Below are positions 16,764-26,067 of a stretch of DNA of 63,204 bases, piece after piece. The notes under the pieces were generated by a model. The model was not told the origin of the DNA. It saw only the letters and a list, made by a program, of their open reading frames with translations, and did not search any database. Numbering within the stretch: the stretch's first letter is position 1; every line of letters starts with the position of its first letter. A program made the position numbers and the translations under genes. The stretch is from Candidatus Micrarchaeota archaeon (lineage in GTDB: Archaea; Micrarchaeota; Micrarchaeia; Micrarchaeales; CABMGC01): NCBI GenBank assembly GCA_021812185.1, contig JAKAON010000002.1, forward strand, positions 1 to 63,204, written 5' to 3'.

Positions 16764-17465
16764 TTAATCCGCCATTACGAAGTCCGTTTCGCCTTTAATC
16801 AAATCGCTTGCATATTTTGAAGCCACTGAGATCTTTACCGCCTTGAGCATAGGCAGGTCAACAGCACCATCGCCAAATGCTGCGCACTCTCTTAGGCGCA
16901 ACCCGTACTTTTCCAGTAGTGATGATGCCTTGACAAGCTTGTCTTCTCCATTCTTAATGGTTAAATTTACGCCCAATAATCTGCCTGAACTATCGAAGAT
17001 ATCCTGATTGGACGCAGAATCGGTAAGAGGCAGCACTTTCCTTGCAGCTGCAGCTGATGTCGAGCCGCTTATAGTTATGAGAAATAAAGGACGGTCATGC
17101 GAGAGGGCGTTTAGCAGATATTTCATATCTGGTATCATATGCTTACTTAAATACGCAGAAGAGAACGCCATCATCTCCTCTTTTGCACCAAGATTATTAT
17201 CCACAAGAATGTGATATAATTCCTCTAGACTCTTTGCAAGGCACTCCGGATCCTTATTATCAGATATATTTTTCGATATGCTCCTTGCGCCAGCGACAAG
17301 AGATTTGAATGCGTCCACGTCCAATCGAATTGCTGCACGCATTAAATAGTTTATGCCTATTCCCTTCGAAACGCTCCCCCTCCAAAGTGTGCCGTCACCA
17401 TCAAAGAGCACAGCCTTAACCGAGTCTAGATGCCGTATCAGAGTATTCGAATTGGAATTATCCAT
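16764..17465 (-). CDS. HAD-superfamily hydrolase (subfamily IB, phosphoserine phosphatase-like)
   Basis: 233 aa. Motif I is VLFDGDGTLW, motif II is LITISGS, and motifs III/IV are FGDGAVDLPML. Confidence 0.7.
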   Translation of the reverse strand: MDNSNSNTLIRHLDSVKAVLFDGDGTLWRGSVSKGIGINYLMRAAIRLDVDAFKSLVAGARSISKNISDNKDPECLAKSLEELYHILVDNNLGAKEEMMAFSSAYLSKHMIPDMKYLLNALSHDRPLFLITISGSTSAAAARKVLPLTDSASNQDIFDSSGRLLGVNLTIKNGEDKLVKASSLLEKYGLRLRECAAFGDGAVDLPMLKAVKISVASKYASDLIKGETDFVMAD

Positions 17466-17577
17466 ACATAATTGTTCCCATAATTTGCTTTATACTTGGT
17501 AAGGTTCAGTTCGTCAATCAGCTAATCATTTTGCAGTATTTAAGAATGAGAAGTTTCACCACACTTAGAGCAGGCAG

Positions 17578-17829
17578 ATGACAATGACACACAAAGAGAT
17601 TGATGATGAAGACGAAAGATTCATGCAATGCGAGAAGATGCCGGTAGATGGATCTCTTGAATATTATGCTCAGCATCTCAGGGCGCTTGCCTCGCATCCG
17701 AATAGAAGTTTTTCGGATTTCAAGAGGAAGGAAGCAGAGCACGATAGCGGGTTTGCGTTTGCAGAAGTCCTAATTAAGACCAGTTCAGGAAAAAGCATGG
17801 GAAAGGCGATATGCCAACTGCGCATGTAG
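17578..17829 (+). CDS. Hypothetical protein
   Basis: 83-aa acidic ORF with no motif. The competing minus-strand ORF (17518..17742) has implausible composition. Confidence 0.35.
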   Translation: MTMTHKEIDDEDERFMQCEKMPVDGSLEYYAQHLRALASHPNRSFSDFKRKEAEHDSGFAFAEVLIKTSSGKSMGKAICQLRM

Positions 17830-17949
17830 ATATTACTAATTTTTTATCCAATTATTTGCTGTTTTGTCTACAAAAAGCAGTTTAATGTAAACGATTTGGC
17901 AGTTAGTATTATATGTATGGTGCGGATAAGATTGTCAAGGTGAAAAATT

Positions 17950-18291
17950 ATGATAGTAAAAAATGTGACCAACGGAAACGAACGCTCGTTTGCAGAAGTG
18001 ATCAATGACGCTTATCGGGGAGTGAAGGAAGCTATAGCAAAACCTGCAGTTTACGCATACACTCTGGGATTCGCGGTGTCGCCAGCACTTGCAAGGGCAG
18101 CGGAAATGAAGCAGCATGCTTCATCTGACATCAATACGGAAGTAGTTATGGCAGGATATGCGGTGTTTGTTATAGGCATTGGAATATTCTTTGGCAATGT
18201 AATGAGAAAAATAGACAACGAGCAAAAAAGAGAGCATGCACGAGAGATGCAGGAATTCCAGAAAAGCCAGAGCGCACCTATAGCGAAATAA
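17950..18291 (+). CDS. Hypothetical membrane-anchored protein
   Basis: 113 aa with one clear TM helix (VVMAGYAVFVIGIGIFFGNVM) followed by a charged tail. Confidence 0.4.
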   Translation: MIVKNVTNGNERSFAEVINDAYRGVKEAIAKPAVYAYTLGFAVSPALARAAEMKQHASSDINTEVVMAGYAVFVIGIGIFFGNVMRKIDNEQKREHAREMQEFQKSQSAPIAK

Positions 18292-18310
18292 TTTGCATAT
18301 AAGGATAGGC

Positions 18311-18715
18311 TCATCTTCCGGATTCGTTTATCACAGTGTACGTCACGGAATATATGCACTTTTTCTTCTTTAATATGTTGTAAAATTCCCTGATCCTCTG
18401 AGCCCCAGTACTTATATCTAATATGTCTATGCACGTGCCGGACCGATGCTGATGGAGCTCCGTCCTTATGGTATCCTCAAATTTATGCAGGACATCTGAG
18501 ACATGGTTCTTCTCTGATTCTTTATAAGTTATTACAAATACGCACTCTACATTGCCCTTTAATGCTTCAAGCCCTTCGTAGTCGCTTAGCATGCTCAGTA
18601 TTGCAGTTCGCAGCATCTTTGACCTGCTCTTGAAGCCTAGCCTCTTTTGAACCTGCTCTATTTGGCCTAAAGATTTCTTGTCAATAGAAATGCTCAGTAT
18701 TTCCAAGTGTACCAC
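18311..18715 (-). CDS. NikR-like ribbon-helix-helix metal-responsive regulator
   Basis: 134 aa. The N-terminal RHH is ILSISIDKKSLGQIEQVQKRLGFKSRSKMLRTAILSML. The C-terminal ACT-like domain contains His/Cys residues (HVSDVLHKF..ELHQHRSGTCIDILDI). Confidence 0.6.
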   Translation of the reverse strand: MVHLEILSISIDKKSLGQIEQVQKRLGFKSRSKMLRTAILSMLSDYEGLEALKGNVECVFVITYKESEKNHVSDVLHKFEDTIRTELHQHRSGTCIDILDISTGAQRIREFYNILKKKKCIYSVTYTVINESGR

Positions 18716-18896
18716 TATAGATCATATTTGATTAAGCAGATTAATAAATCAGCTTTAAAGCCCTAAAGTTTGTTTTTTAACCTCTGCGATTTTGAGCATC
18801 TGGCAAGGTATTTGCATATTTGCTCTACTTTGTTGCACAATAGCATAAGCTAATTGGGTATAAAATAAAAATAAAAAAAGAAAAATTGGGTTTGAT

Positions 18897-19352
18897 TTAC
18901 CTTGACATGTATTTCTTGCCCATGTGCTGTGCGTATTCCTTCTCCATCTTTGTTGGGTGGAGTATCAGGAGATACAGTATTATAGCGACGAACGTCACTA
19001 CAAGTGTTTCCAGCACAGGCACCAGTTGGAACGATGCAAGGTCTATCTTTGCGAAGTCCACTATCAGCGCTATTATCAATGCCAGTATTCCCAGCTCTGC
19101 TGCATCATGTTCTACTCCCTTGCTTCCAGCCTGGAACTCTTGCACGACTATCAATGCCACGAAGATAGCAGTGAAAGCCACGAAGAAAGCCGCCAGGTTG
19201 AACAAACCTATCAGATATATGAAGACGTATGCAAGTACAGTGATTACGATAGACTTCAATACTATCGGTGTCAGAAGTACCTTTGACATAATGTCTCCAA
19301 GGTTCAATTTATTTTTGTTTTCTTTTGCCATAAAATCCATTCCTTTGTGCAT
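18897..19352 (-). CDS. Hypothetical membrane protein (4 TM)
   Basis: 151 aa with regular hydrophobic helices and no motif. Confidence 0.45.
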   Translation of the reverse strand: MHKGMDFMAKENKNKLNLGDIMSKVLLTPIVLKSIVITVLAYVFIYLIGLFNLAAFFVAFTAIFVALIVVQEFQAGSKGVEHDAAELGILALIIALIVDFAKIDLASFQLVPVLETLVVTFVAIILYLLILHPTKMEKEYAQHMGKKYMSR

Positions 19353-19487
19353 CTTTATGGTTTATATTGGTATATAAAGGTAGACGGGCTTCCAATAAGC
19401 CTTAGCGAATATTTAAAAATGTTGCTATAGTCATTTAAGGGAGGTTTTGCCCAAATAAAAGGCCAAATCGAGTATTTTGAAGCGATA

Positions 19488-19760
19488 ATGGAAACCGTTA
19501 TATGTAGTGCCGTCCTAATCATATTGAGCATCATGGTAAAAAAAGTTAGAAAACAGCAAAATAAAAGGAGGGGTAAAATTTCAAAAACGCTTGGCGAAAA
19601 ATATGTTGGGAGGAAATTCTCGCAAGACGAGAAGAGGTACATTATTTATGTGGTCTTGGCGCTATTGCTGCTTGTCCTATTCGCAATAGAACCAGGATTC
19701 TTTCTGGGACTGATAATCGGAGCACTTGGGTATAGGTACTATATAGATAATATAAAGTAA
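19488..19760 (+). CDS. Hypothetical small membrane protein
   Basis: 90 aa with two or three hydrophobic segments separated by a highly basic loop (KKVRKQQNKRRGK). Confidence 0.4.
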   Translation: METVICSAVLIILSIMVKKVRKQQNKRRGKISKTLGEKYVGRKFSQDEKRYIIYVVLALLLLVLFAIEPGFFLGLIIGALGYRYYIDNIK

Positions 19761-19827
19761 TCATAAAGTAATTTTGTGGTCCAAAGGATGTGCATTTTGC
19801 ACGCCAAGGCAGTATGGGAGTAGGAAT

Positions 19828-20778
19828 ATGGATATGCTAGCGCTAATTTTAGAGATATTTGCCGTAATGGCCTTCTTTGGCATTGCAGCTGAGATAATAG
19901 CATTGGGCATAGAGAAACTCGAACCTCTGATGGGGCAGGGGATGAGTGGAGGGATATTACTGGGGTTTCTTGGAGCCCTGCCAGAAACAGTATTCGTAAT
20001 AATCGCGACGCTTGGCAAATCGTATGACATAGCGATAGGCGCGGCACTTGGAGGAAATATAATATTATTCACGTTTGGCATAGGCATAGTCGGCATTGCA
20101 TATTCCAGAAAATGGAAGAGACCTATAGAGATGAAGGAGGATTACCACATAGAACTCTATTTCCTTTTGGCATCGACGATTCTCCTTGGGATTCTTGTTG
20201 TGTATGGCTCCCTTGGGCAAATCTCCGGAGCCATTCTCTTTTCACTATACATAATCTATGTTGCGTATAGGTATGCACATGCGCATGGAAGGATAGTTAA
20301 GAGTTCTACAGCACATGGCACCAGGAGCGCACTCTTGAGAGGACTTGCATATCTTGCAATCGGGGCGATAATCATAGTTCCTCTCTCGTACGTCTTTGTT
20401 GGGCTTGTGTCTGATTTATCTTCTGCGCTCTTGCTGCCTGCGCTATGGCTTGCACTATTCATCGCTCCGCTCGCATCTGATTTGGGAGAGAATATGAGCG
20501 GGTATAGGATTGCGACAAGAGGAGATGGCGGTGGATCCACTGCGATAGTTAGTTTTATCGGAGGCAAGATCCAGAACAATACGATGCTGATAGGGCTTAT
20601 AGGGCTGCTTGCTGCGCAGCCCGTACTGCTCGGGAATGCAAAATTTGACCTGATTGCAGTAATAGCGGTCAACTTGATTGCACTTGCAGTCGTATCTAAA
20701 AAACGACTCACGCTGCGTGGTAGTATTTTACTTGTTATTGCTTATGTTGCAATAATCATTGGGGCATTGATGTATTAG
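19828..20778 (+). CDS. Ca2+/cation antiporter (CaCA, YrbG-like Na+/Ca2+ exchanger)
   Basis: The alpha-repeat signatures are GFLGALPETVFVIIA and ALFIAPLASDLGENMSG, with about 10 TM helices. The start is placed at ATG 19828 (MDMLALILEI). The ORF track extends it to 19774. Confidence 0.75.
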   Translation: MDMLALILEIFAVMAFFGIAAEIIALGIEKLEPLMGQGMSGGILLGFLGALPETVFVIIATLGKSYDIAIGAALGGNIILFTFGIGIVGIAYSRKWKRPIEMKEDYHIELYFLLASTILLGILVVYGSLGQISGAILFSLYIIYVAYRYAHAHGRIVKSSTAHGTRSALLRGLAYLAIGAIIIVPLSYVFVGLVSDLSSALLLPALWLALFIAPLASDLGENMSGYRIATRGDGGGSTAIVSFIGGKIQNNTMLIGLIGLLAAQPVLLGNAKFDLIAVIAVNLIALAVVSKKRLTLRGSILLVIAYVAIIIGALMY

Positions 20779-20881
20779 TATTGAATTTCTTTGTCAGCAC
20801 AGGAGAGAATTGCAATTGTGCCTCAAGGGCAAGAGATGAAAGTGCACTTGACAATGTTGTATAATATTAAAATAAAAGATA

Positions 20882-20954
20882 CGGGGAGTCCGTGATTTGA
20901 ACACGGGTCGCCAGCTCCCAAAGCTGGAAGCCTACCAAGCTAGCCTAACTCCCC
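20882..20954 (-). tRNA. tRNA-Pro(UGG)
   Basis: The minus strand reads GGGGAGT-TA-GGCT-AGCTTGGTA-GGCT-T-CCAGC-TTTGGGA-GCTGG-CGAC-CCGTG-TTCAAAT-CACGG-ACTCCCC-G, 73 nt. Confidence 0.85.
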
Positions 20955-20963
20955 AGATAAGGA

Positions 20964-21419
20964 TTATTGCTTCTTCTGCCTCCCAAGAGGTTTCTTTATC
21001 TTGAGATCCTTGTAGATTTTCGAAAGCATTACCTGATTCACATCGAAGTCAAATCCTAGATTTTGCACAACTTGACGCAGTAGGTATGCCGATGCTATGT
21101 CGAGGTGCTCAGGCTTGCTACCACAAGAATCCTTTATCACTGCCTTGGCCTCGGCACTGGCAAGCTTCCCAACCGACTCGGAAAGGTCGCCAAAGCCCTT
21201 CCTCTTTCCGACAGTCAATTTTGCGGCATAATCATCGAGCTTTTGCATGTCTATTCCCAAAAAGAAGAATGCTTTCTTGTCCAAAGTCTGCCTTATGCCT
21301 GCAAGATGGAACGATATCTCTTCCGGCTTTGTGTCGGATCTTATGGTCATCCTCTTTACAACCGTCCAGTCCTTGTACTTTGCAAAAAAGTCTATTGATT
21401 CGCTTTGGATGTCTTCCAC
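20964..21419 (-). CDS. Hypothetical protein, likely co-transcribed with the upstream wHTH gene
   Basis: No motif recognised. An in-frame GTG at 21419 lies 10 nt downstream of the wHTH stop (21430). The ATG at 21473 would overlap that gene by 44 nt. Confidence 0.5.
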   Translation of the reverse strand: MEDIQSESIDFFAKYKDWTVVKRMTIRSDTKPEEISFHLAGIRQTLDKKAFFFLGIDMQKLDDYAAKLTVGKRKGFGDLSESVGKLASAEAKAVIKDSCGSKPEHLDIASAYLLRQVVQNLGFDFDVNQVMLSKIYKDLKIKKPLGRQKKQ

Positions 21420-21429
21420 TTGAACACCT

Positions 21430-21657
21430 TTAAGATTGCAGCGCGTAGTAGCCTGCCGACTTTTCCCTTGCAACCCTCTTTACGGCATTCCTTTGCACTA
21501 GAGATGTGAGGGTGTTGGTTATCATGCTCTTTGGCCTGTTGCACTTCTTTGCTATGTCATCGGCAGTCTTTATAGATTCTGCATTCTTTGCGCCAAGTTC
21601 CTGCATCGCCTTGAGCACAGCTTGTTCCATAGGGTTAAATTCTACCATTGTTATCAC
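21430..21657 (-). CDS. Small winged-helix DNA-binding protein (MarR/TrmB-like fold)
   Basis: 75 aa. The pattern AVLKAMQELGAKNAESIKTADDIAKKCNRPKSMITNTLTSLVQRNAVKRV is an HTH followed by a wing. Confidence 0.55.
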   Translation of the reverse strand: MITMVEFNPMEQAVLKAMQELGAKNAESIKTADDIAKKCNRPKSMITNTLTSLVQRNAVKRVAREKSAGYYALQS

Positions 21658-21675
21658 TATTTTACTCCTTAATCA

Positions 21676-21828
21676 TCACTTCTTTGCGCGCAGTTCCTTT
21701 CTCTTGGGCCTTAGCGCTTTCGATCCGCACTTGCGGCACATCTTCGCGCCTGCCTTGTTCCTTGCCTTGCACTTCCTGCACACCACTATCTTGGCTAATT
21801 GTTCATCAGCTATTGGAAATTTTCCCAT
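21676..21828 (-). CDS. rpl40e: 50S ribosomal protein L40e
   Basis: Hand translation gives MGKFPIADEQLAKIVVCRKCKARNKAGAKMCRKCGSKALRPKRKELRAKK*. The C-x2-C..C-x2-C zinc knuckle and size (50 aa) match L40e. It is absent from the ORF track because it is under 60 aa. Confidence 0.8.
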   Translation of the reverse strand: MGKFPIADEQLAKIVVCRKCKARNKAGAKMCRKCGSKALRPKRKELRAKK

Positions 21829-21869
21829 AAACAGCACTTCTTGTTAACGATTTATTTAATGTCAAAGTC

Positions 21870-21877
21870 TATATAAA
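21870..21877 (-). promoter_or_regulatory. Candidate TATA box for the L40e operon
   Basis: The minus strand reads TTTATATA about 42 nt upstream of the L40e ATG, which is consistent with an archaeal TATA at about -26 plus a short leader. Confidence 0.4.
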
Positions 21878-21959
21878 GATTGCTGAAATTTCATGCTTGA
21901 TTGATATTTGGAAAAAGTGCGCACGCACTTGCCTTTTAGCGATGATGCGCCTTGACAAG

Positions 21960-24790
21960 TCAGGCGCCTATCTCGATGCTTGGTCGCAAAGGCATTGCCC
22001 TCTCTGCCCTCTGAGACTTTGATTCGCTCTCCCTTTCGACGATTATTTCTGTTCCAAGTATCTTCGATATGTATTCCCTGGCCTCCTCCATCGAACTTAG
22101 CTCCTCATCCTCGGTTATGTCTATAGCCCTTACCTCATTCATCCTCTTTGCAAGTTTGCCTACGTAGTTTGCTATCTTTTCTGGATCGGCAAGTTTCTCG
22201 TCTTTCGCAGAGGAGATCGTAGAACCCACATTCTTTGTGCTTGCAAGCATGTTTGTTACTTTCCTCTTCCATGCACTTGCGATTATTATTCTTACGCGTG
22301 AAGGTTTCTTGCCGCTCTTTTTTGAGAGCAGATCTATTGTGCTCTTGCAATCCGATATTAGCGACTCGACATTATCTTCTAGCATCTCTATCTTGTCGTT
22401 TATCATTTTTTGATTGTACAGCGGCCAATTTTCGGTGGATATGAATGTTTCGTTTCCAAGCTGGTGCCACAGTTCCTCTGTAATGTGGGGGGCGATTGGC
22501 TGCAGCATGAGCAGTATTGAATTTATGTACTCGCGCAAAACAATGCCGTTTCCTCCTCCTCGCTCGAAATATTTTTTAAGCTCTATGACGGAATTGTAGA
22601 GCAGCTGTGTATTTGCATCCCGCAGTTCGATGTTGTCCATGCTCCTTGTCACGCCCTCTATCTTCCTGTTAAGTTTTGAGTAGAGCCAATAGTCGATGTT
22701 CTTGAGCTGCACAGATTCGAATTCGTCAAGCCTGCTTGATAAGTCGTATATGTATTCCAGCCTTTGCTTCACTCCGTTTGCCGCAGCCGTGCTGTATTCC
22801 GAATCGCTATATAACTCTGCTCCGGCAATGACCACTATCCTTAATGCATCTGCCCCGTTTGCCTTTATGCCGTCTTCAAGAGGCACTATGTTGCCCAGGC
22901 TCTTGCTCATCTTCTCCCCCTCGCTTAGCACCGATCCGTTAGTCACTATCTGCTTTGGCCAGTACTCCTTGTTCATCACGGCCACATGATTGAACACGTA
23001 CATTATCAGGTGATTGAACACCAAATCCGCACCTGAGTGATTAGACGTATTCTTGTACCAGTAATCAAAAGACTCCTTGCATTTCTTTACAACTTCGAAG
23101 TCTATCCCAGTAGATGCAGCCACATCGCTGGCGCTGCCATTTCCCACTATGATATAATCAAAGAGTTCTGGTTTTAGGCTTTCTACCGGCAGGTTTCGTA
23201 GATATGGTATTATCGTGTAAAATGCCATGTATATTGTAGAATCCGAAAGGGATTCGATTATCTTTTTGGGATCTAGCGGGAACTTTGTCCCTAGCCCCTG
23301 CGCCCGTGCCACAGCTCTCAGGTCGATCCAATCAAGTGCGGCATTGAATGTCTTTCTGAGCTTTTCTGGAAATAGTTTCACTCCGTTGAACGCATACTTT
23401 GTCTCATCCTTCCACTCCTTGTTTCCGTAATTTAGGAACCATTGGTCCTCCACTATCTTTACGATGACTTGGGTTCCGCATCTGCAAACTACCGGAGAAT
23501 TTGCGATTATGTGTATCTCGAAGGCCAAATTGCCGCCAAGCAGCAGCCCTTTCACCTTCTCCCTTGCATCGGGTTCGCTCATTCCTTCGTATCCTGCAAC
23601 TGTCATCTTCCCCCAGTGCGATTCCTCGCGATATTGGAGCTTTGTCGCAAATTCCAGCATGTCGTTTATGGCTTGCGTGTTTGTATTTAGGATTTCAAGG
23701 TATGCTAGAGCAGGAATGTCAGTGTGTATAGGCTTTGTCTCGCCTACCGACACGTCGGATAGCGACCTGCCTATGTCAACTTCGATTATTTTCTTTGGAT
23801 TTATTTGCGGCATATCATAGTTGCTTGCCCTAAGCCTTGAGATGGCAGCATAGTCAAATGGCGCATGGGCAGGCACGCTCATTACTGCGCCCGTGCCCAT
23901 CTTTGGCTTGACAAAGAAGCCCGGAAGTATAGGTATCTTCTCGTTTGTGATTGGATTTATGACGATCTTTTGGAGAAGCTCCCTTGCGCTTATCTCGCTT
24001 AGCACTTGGATATCCATTTGGTATTTCAGTATGTCAGATGCATCCTTAGAGATGTATATGGAATCATTGCCTACCTTGCATAGGACGTAGCTTGAATTTT
24101 CATCTATGAAAAGATTAGTGACCCCGAATATTGTTTCGGGACGGTAAGTTGCGCATGCAACAAAAGCGTCTTCGTCATCGACCTTGAACTTTATTGCGCT
24201 CTCCTTTTCTATGTCAGGCTCGACATCGTGTTTCGTATCATGCATGCCGACTGCGTTGTTCTCGTTAGTGCACCATCCGACAGGATGCTTGCCTTGCACA
24301 AGAAATCCCTTCTTATTCAATATTCCGAACTGCCACTCTATGAACTTGCTAAATATGGGCTCTGTTGTTACAAACTTCCTTTTCCAGTCTATGCTGAGCC
24401 CCGCAAGGCGCATGCCCCTCTCAACTTCCTTTGAGAAGTATTCTATTATGTATTCTGGATTTACCATCTTCGATATCTCTTCATCGCTTATGTGGAAGAG
24501 CTTGAACTCGGATATCAGTTCCTTGTCCTTCTCCTGCATCCTTTTTGCGAATGCGAGCACGGGCGTACCGGTACCGTGGAAGCCCATTGGATAGAGCACA
24601 TTGAAGCCGCGCATCCTCTTGTACCTTGCAAGGACATCGGCAGTCCCGTATGCACGAAGGTGCCCTATGTGGGAAGGTGCATTGATGTATTGGAATGCTG
24701 CTACAACCAGGAATGACTCCTTGTTGTTTATGCTAGGCTCAAAGAGCTTTGCCTTCTCCCATTCGGCTTGCCATTTTGACTCGATTTCAT
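21960..24790 (-). CDS. leuS: Leucyl-tRNA synthetase (start uncertain; see finding)
   Basis: The 884-aa ORF (21960..24614) has a KMSKS motif (EKMSKSLGN) and an editing domain. The same frame stays open upstream to 24845 and encodes ..IIHYDEIESKWQAEWEKAKLFEP..INAPSHIGHLRAYGTADVLARYKRM, which contains the HIGH motif. The only nearby ATG (24790) is one nucleotide out of frame. Confidence 0.85.
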
Positions 24791-24914
24791 CGTAATGTAT
24801 TATGAAAACACCGCTCTTCTTGTTTTGAATTGAAAGTTTATAGATTTAGCCTTATTTCAACATTATATCTATGCCTGCTAATATTTTTATTAGTGAGTAA
24901 ATAAAGGTTTAGTA

Positions 24915-25952
24915 ATGTACAACACTTACCTTACAATAATAGTTCCAGCGCTTATCAGCATGGCTGTCACATACTTCTCGTGCAATTTCCTTATCAGCTA
25001 CTTTTACGGCGCAGGGATAGTTGGAGAGGATCGCAACAAGGGCAAGGCAGTAAAGCTTGCAAGCAGCGGAGGGATTGCAGTTGCATTTGGAATGCTTGCT
25101 GGAATACTTACGTACACTTTCGGAGGCAGCTTCGTATTCGTACCTACGCTTCCGGTTCTTGATTTGATGGCGGCTGCGCTATCGATAGTGCTTATCTCAT
25201 TTGTAGGCTTCCTTGATGACGTGAATGTCAAGTCGCAGAGAGTCAAGAGCACTGACATAATGGATATACGCGAAGGCTTAAAGCAATGGCAAAAACCGAT
25301 ACTTACGGTTATAGGAGCGCTCCCGCTCATGGCGATAAATGCAGGTGTGAGCGTGGTCGCAATACCTCTTATCGGATCGATTGATTTCGGGTTGCTCTAT
25401 CCTCTTGTGATAATTCCGCTTGCGGTGGTATTTGTTTCAAATGCATTCAACTTGCTCGGAGGATTTGACGGGTTGCAGTCTGGGACCGGGCTCGTTGCAA
25501 GCCTTGGGCTTGTAATATACTCTTTCTTTTACAGCAACAGCATGGGGCTGCTACTATCCGTATTGCTCTTTGCTGCGCTTGTGGCGTTCTACCCTTTCAA
25601 CAAATATAGGGCGAGAATTCTTCCAGGAGATAGTTTCACCTACTGCGTAGGCGGAGCGCTAGTGGTGATAATGGTGATGGGCCATGAGGAGGCATTTGGC
25701 TTTGTCATATTCATACCTTGGATTATCGAATTCTTCTTGCATTTGCGCAGGAAGTTCAAAGTCAGCGACCTTGGAATACGCCAAAGTGACGGAACATTCA
25801 AAGCCCCTTATGGGAAGAGCATATACAGCCTGACCCATATTATGATGAATATACAGAGGATGCGCGAGGAGGAGGTTGCAAATTTCCTTATAGCGCTCGA
25901 AGCCTGTTTCGTAGTGCTCGCATTCGCGCTCAAGGCCTTGGGACTCTTGTGA
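24915..25952 (+). CDS. aglH: UDP-GlcNAc:dolichyl-phosphate GlcNAc-1-phosphate transferase (GT4/MraY-WecA family, AglH-like)
   Basis: 345 aa, polytopic. It has the signature NAFNLLGGFDGLQSGTG and FLDDVN. Confidence 0.75.
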   Translation: MYNTYLTIIVPALISMAVTYFSCNFLISYFYGAGIVGEDRNKGKAVKLASSGGIAVAFGMLAGILTYTFGGSFVFVPTLPVLDLMAAALSIVLISFVGFLDDVNVKSQRVKSTDIMDIREGLKQWQKPILTVIGALPLMAINAGVSVVAIPLIGSIDFGLLYPLVIIPLAVVFVSNAFNLLGGFDGLQSGTGLVASLGLVIYSFFYSNSMGLLLSVLLFAALVAFYPFNKYRARILPGDSFTYCVGGALVVIMVMGHEEAFGFVIFIPWIIEFFLHLRRKFKVSDLGIRQSDGTFKAPYGKSIYSLTHIMMNIQRMREEEVANFLIALEACFVVLAFALKALGLL

Positions 25953-26067
25953 TGTTTAGTCTAAAGCAATGGACCTGATGATAAGACAGATGCATCTATT
26001 AACAACCCGTACCAGAAGGCCATTTGAATTAGGCAATAGCTAAATATCCTAATTGATAAATATCTTT

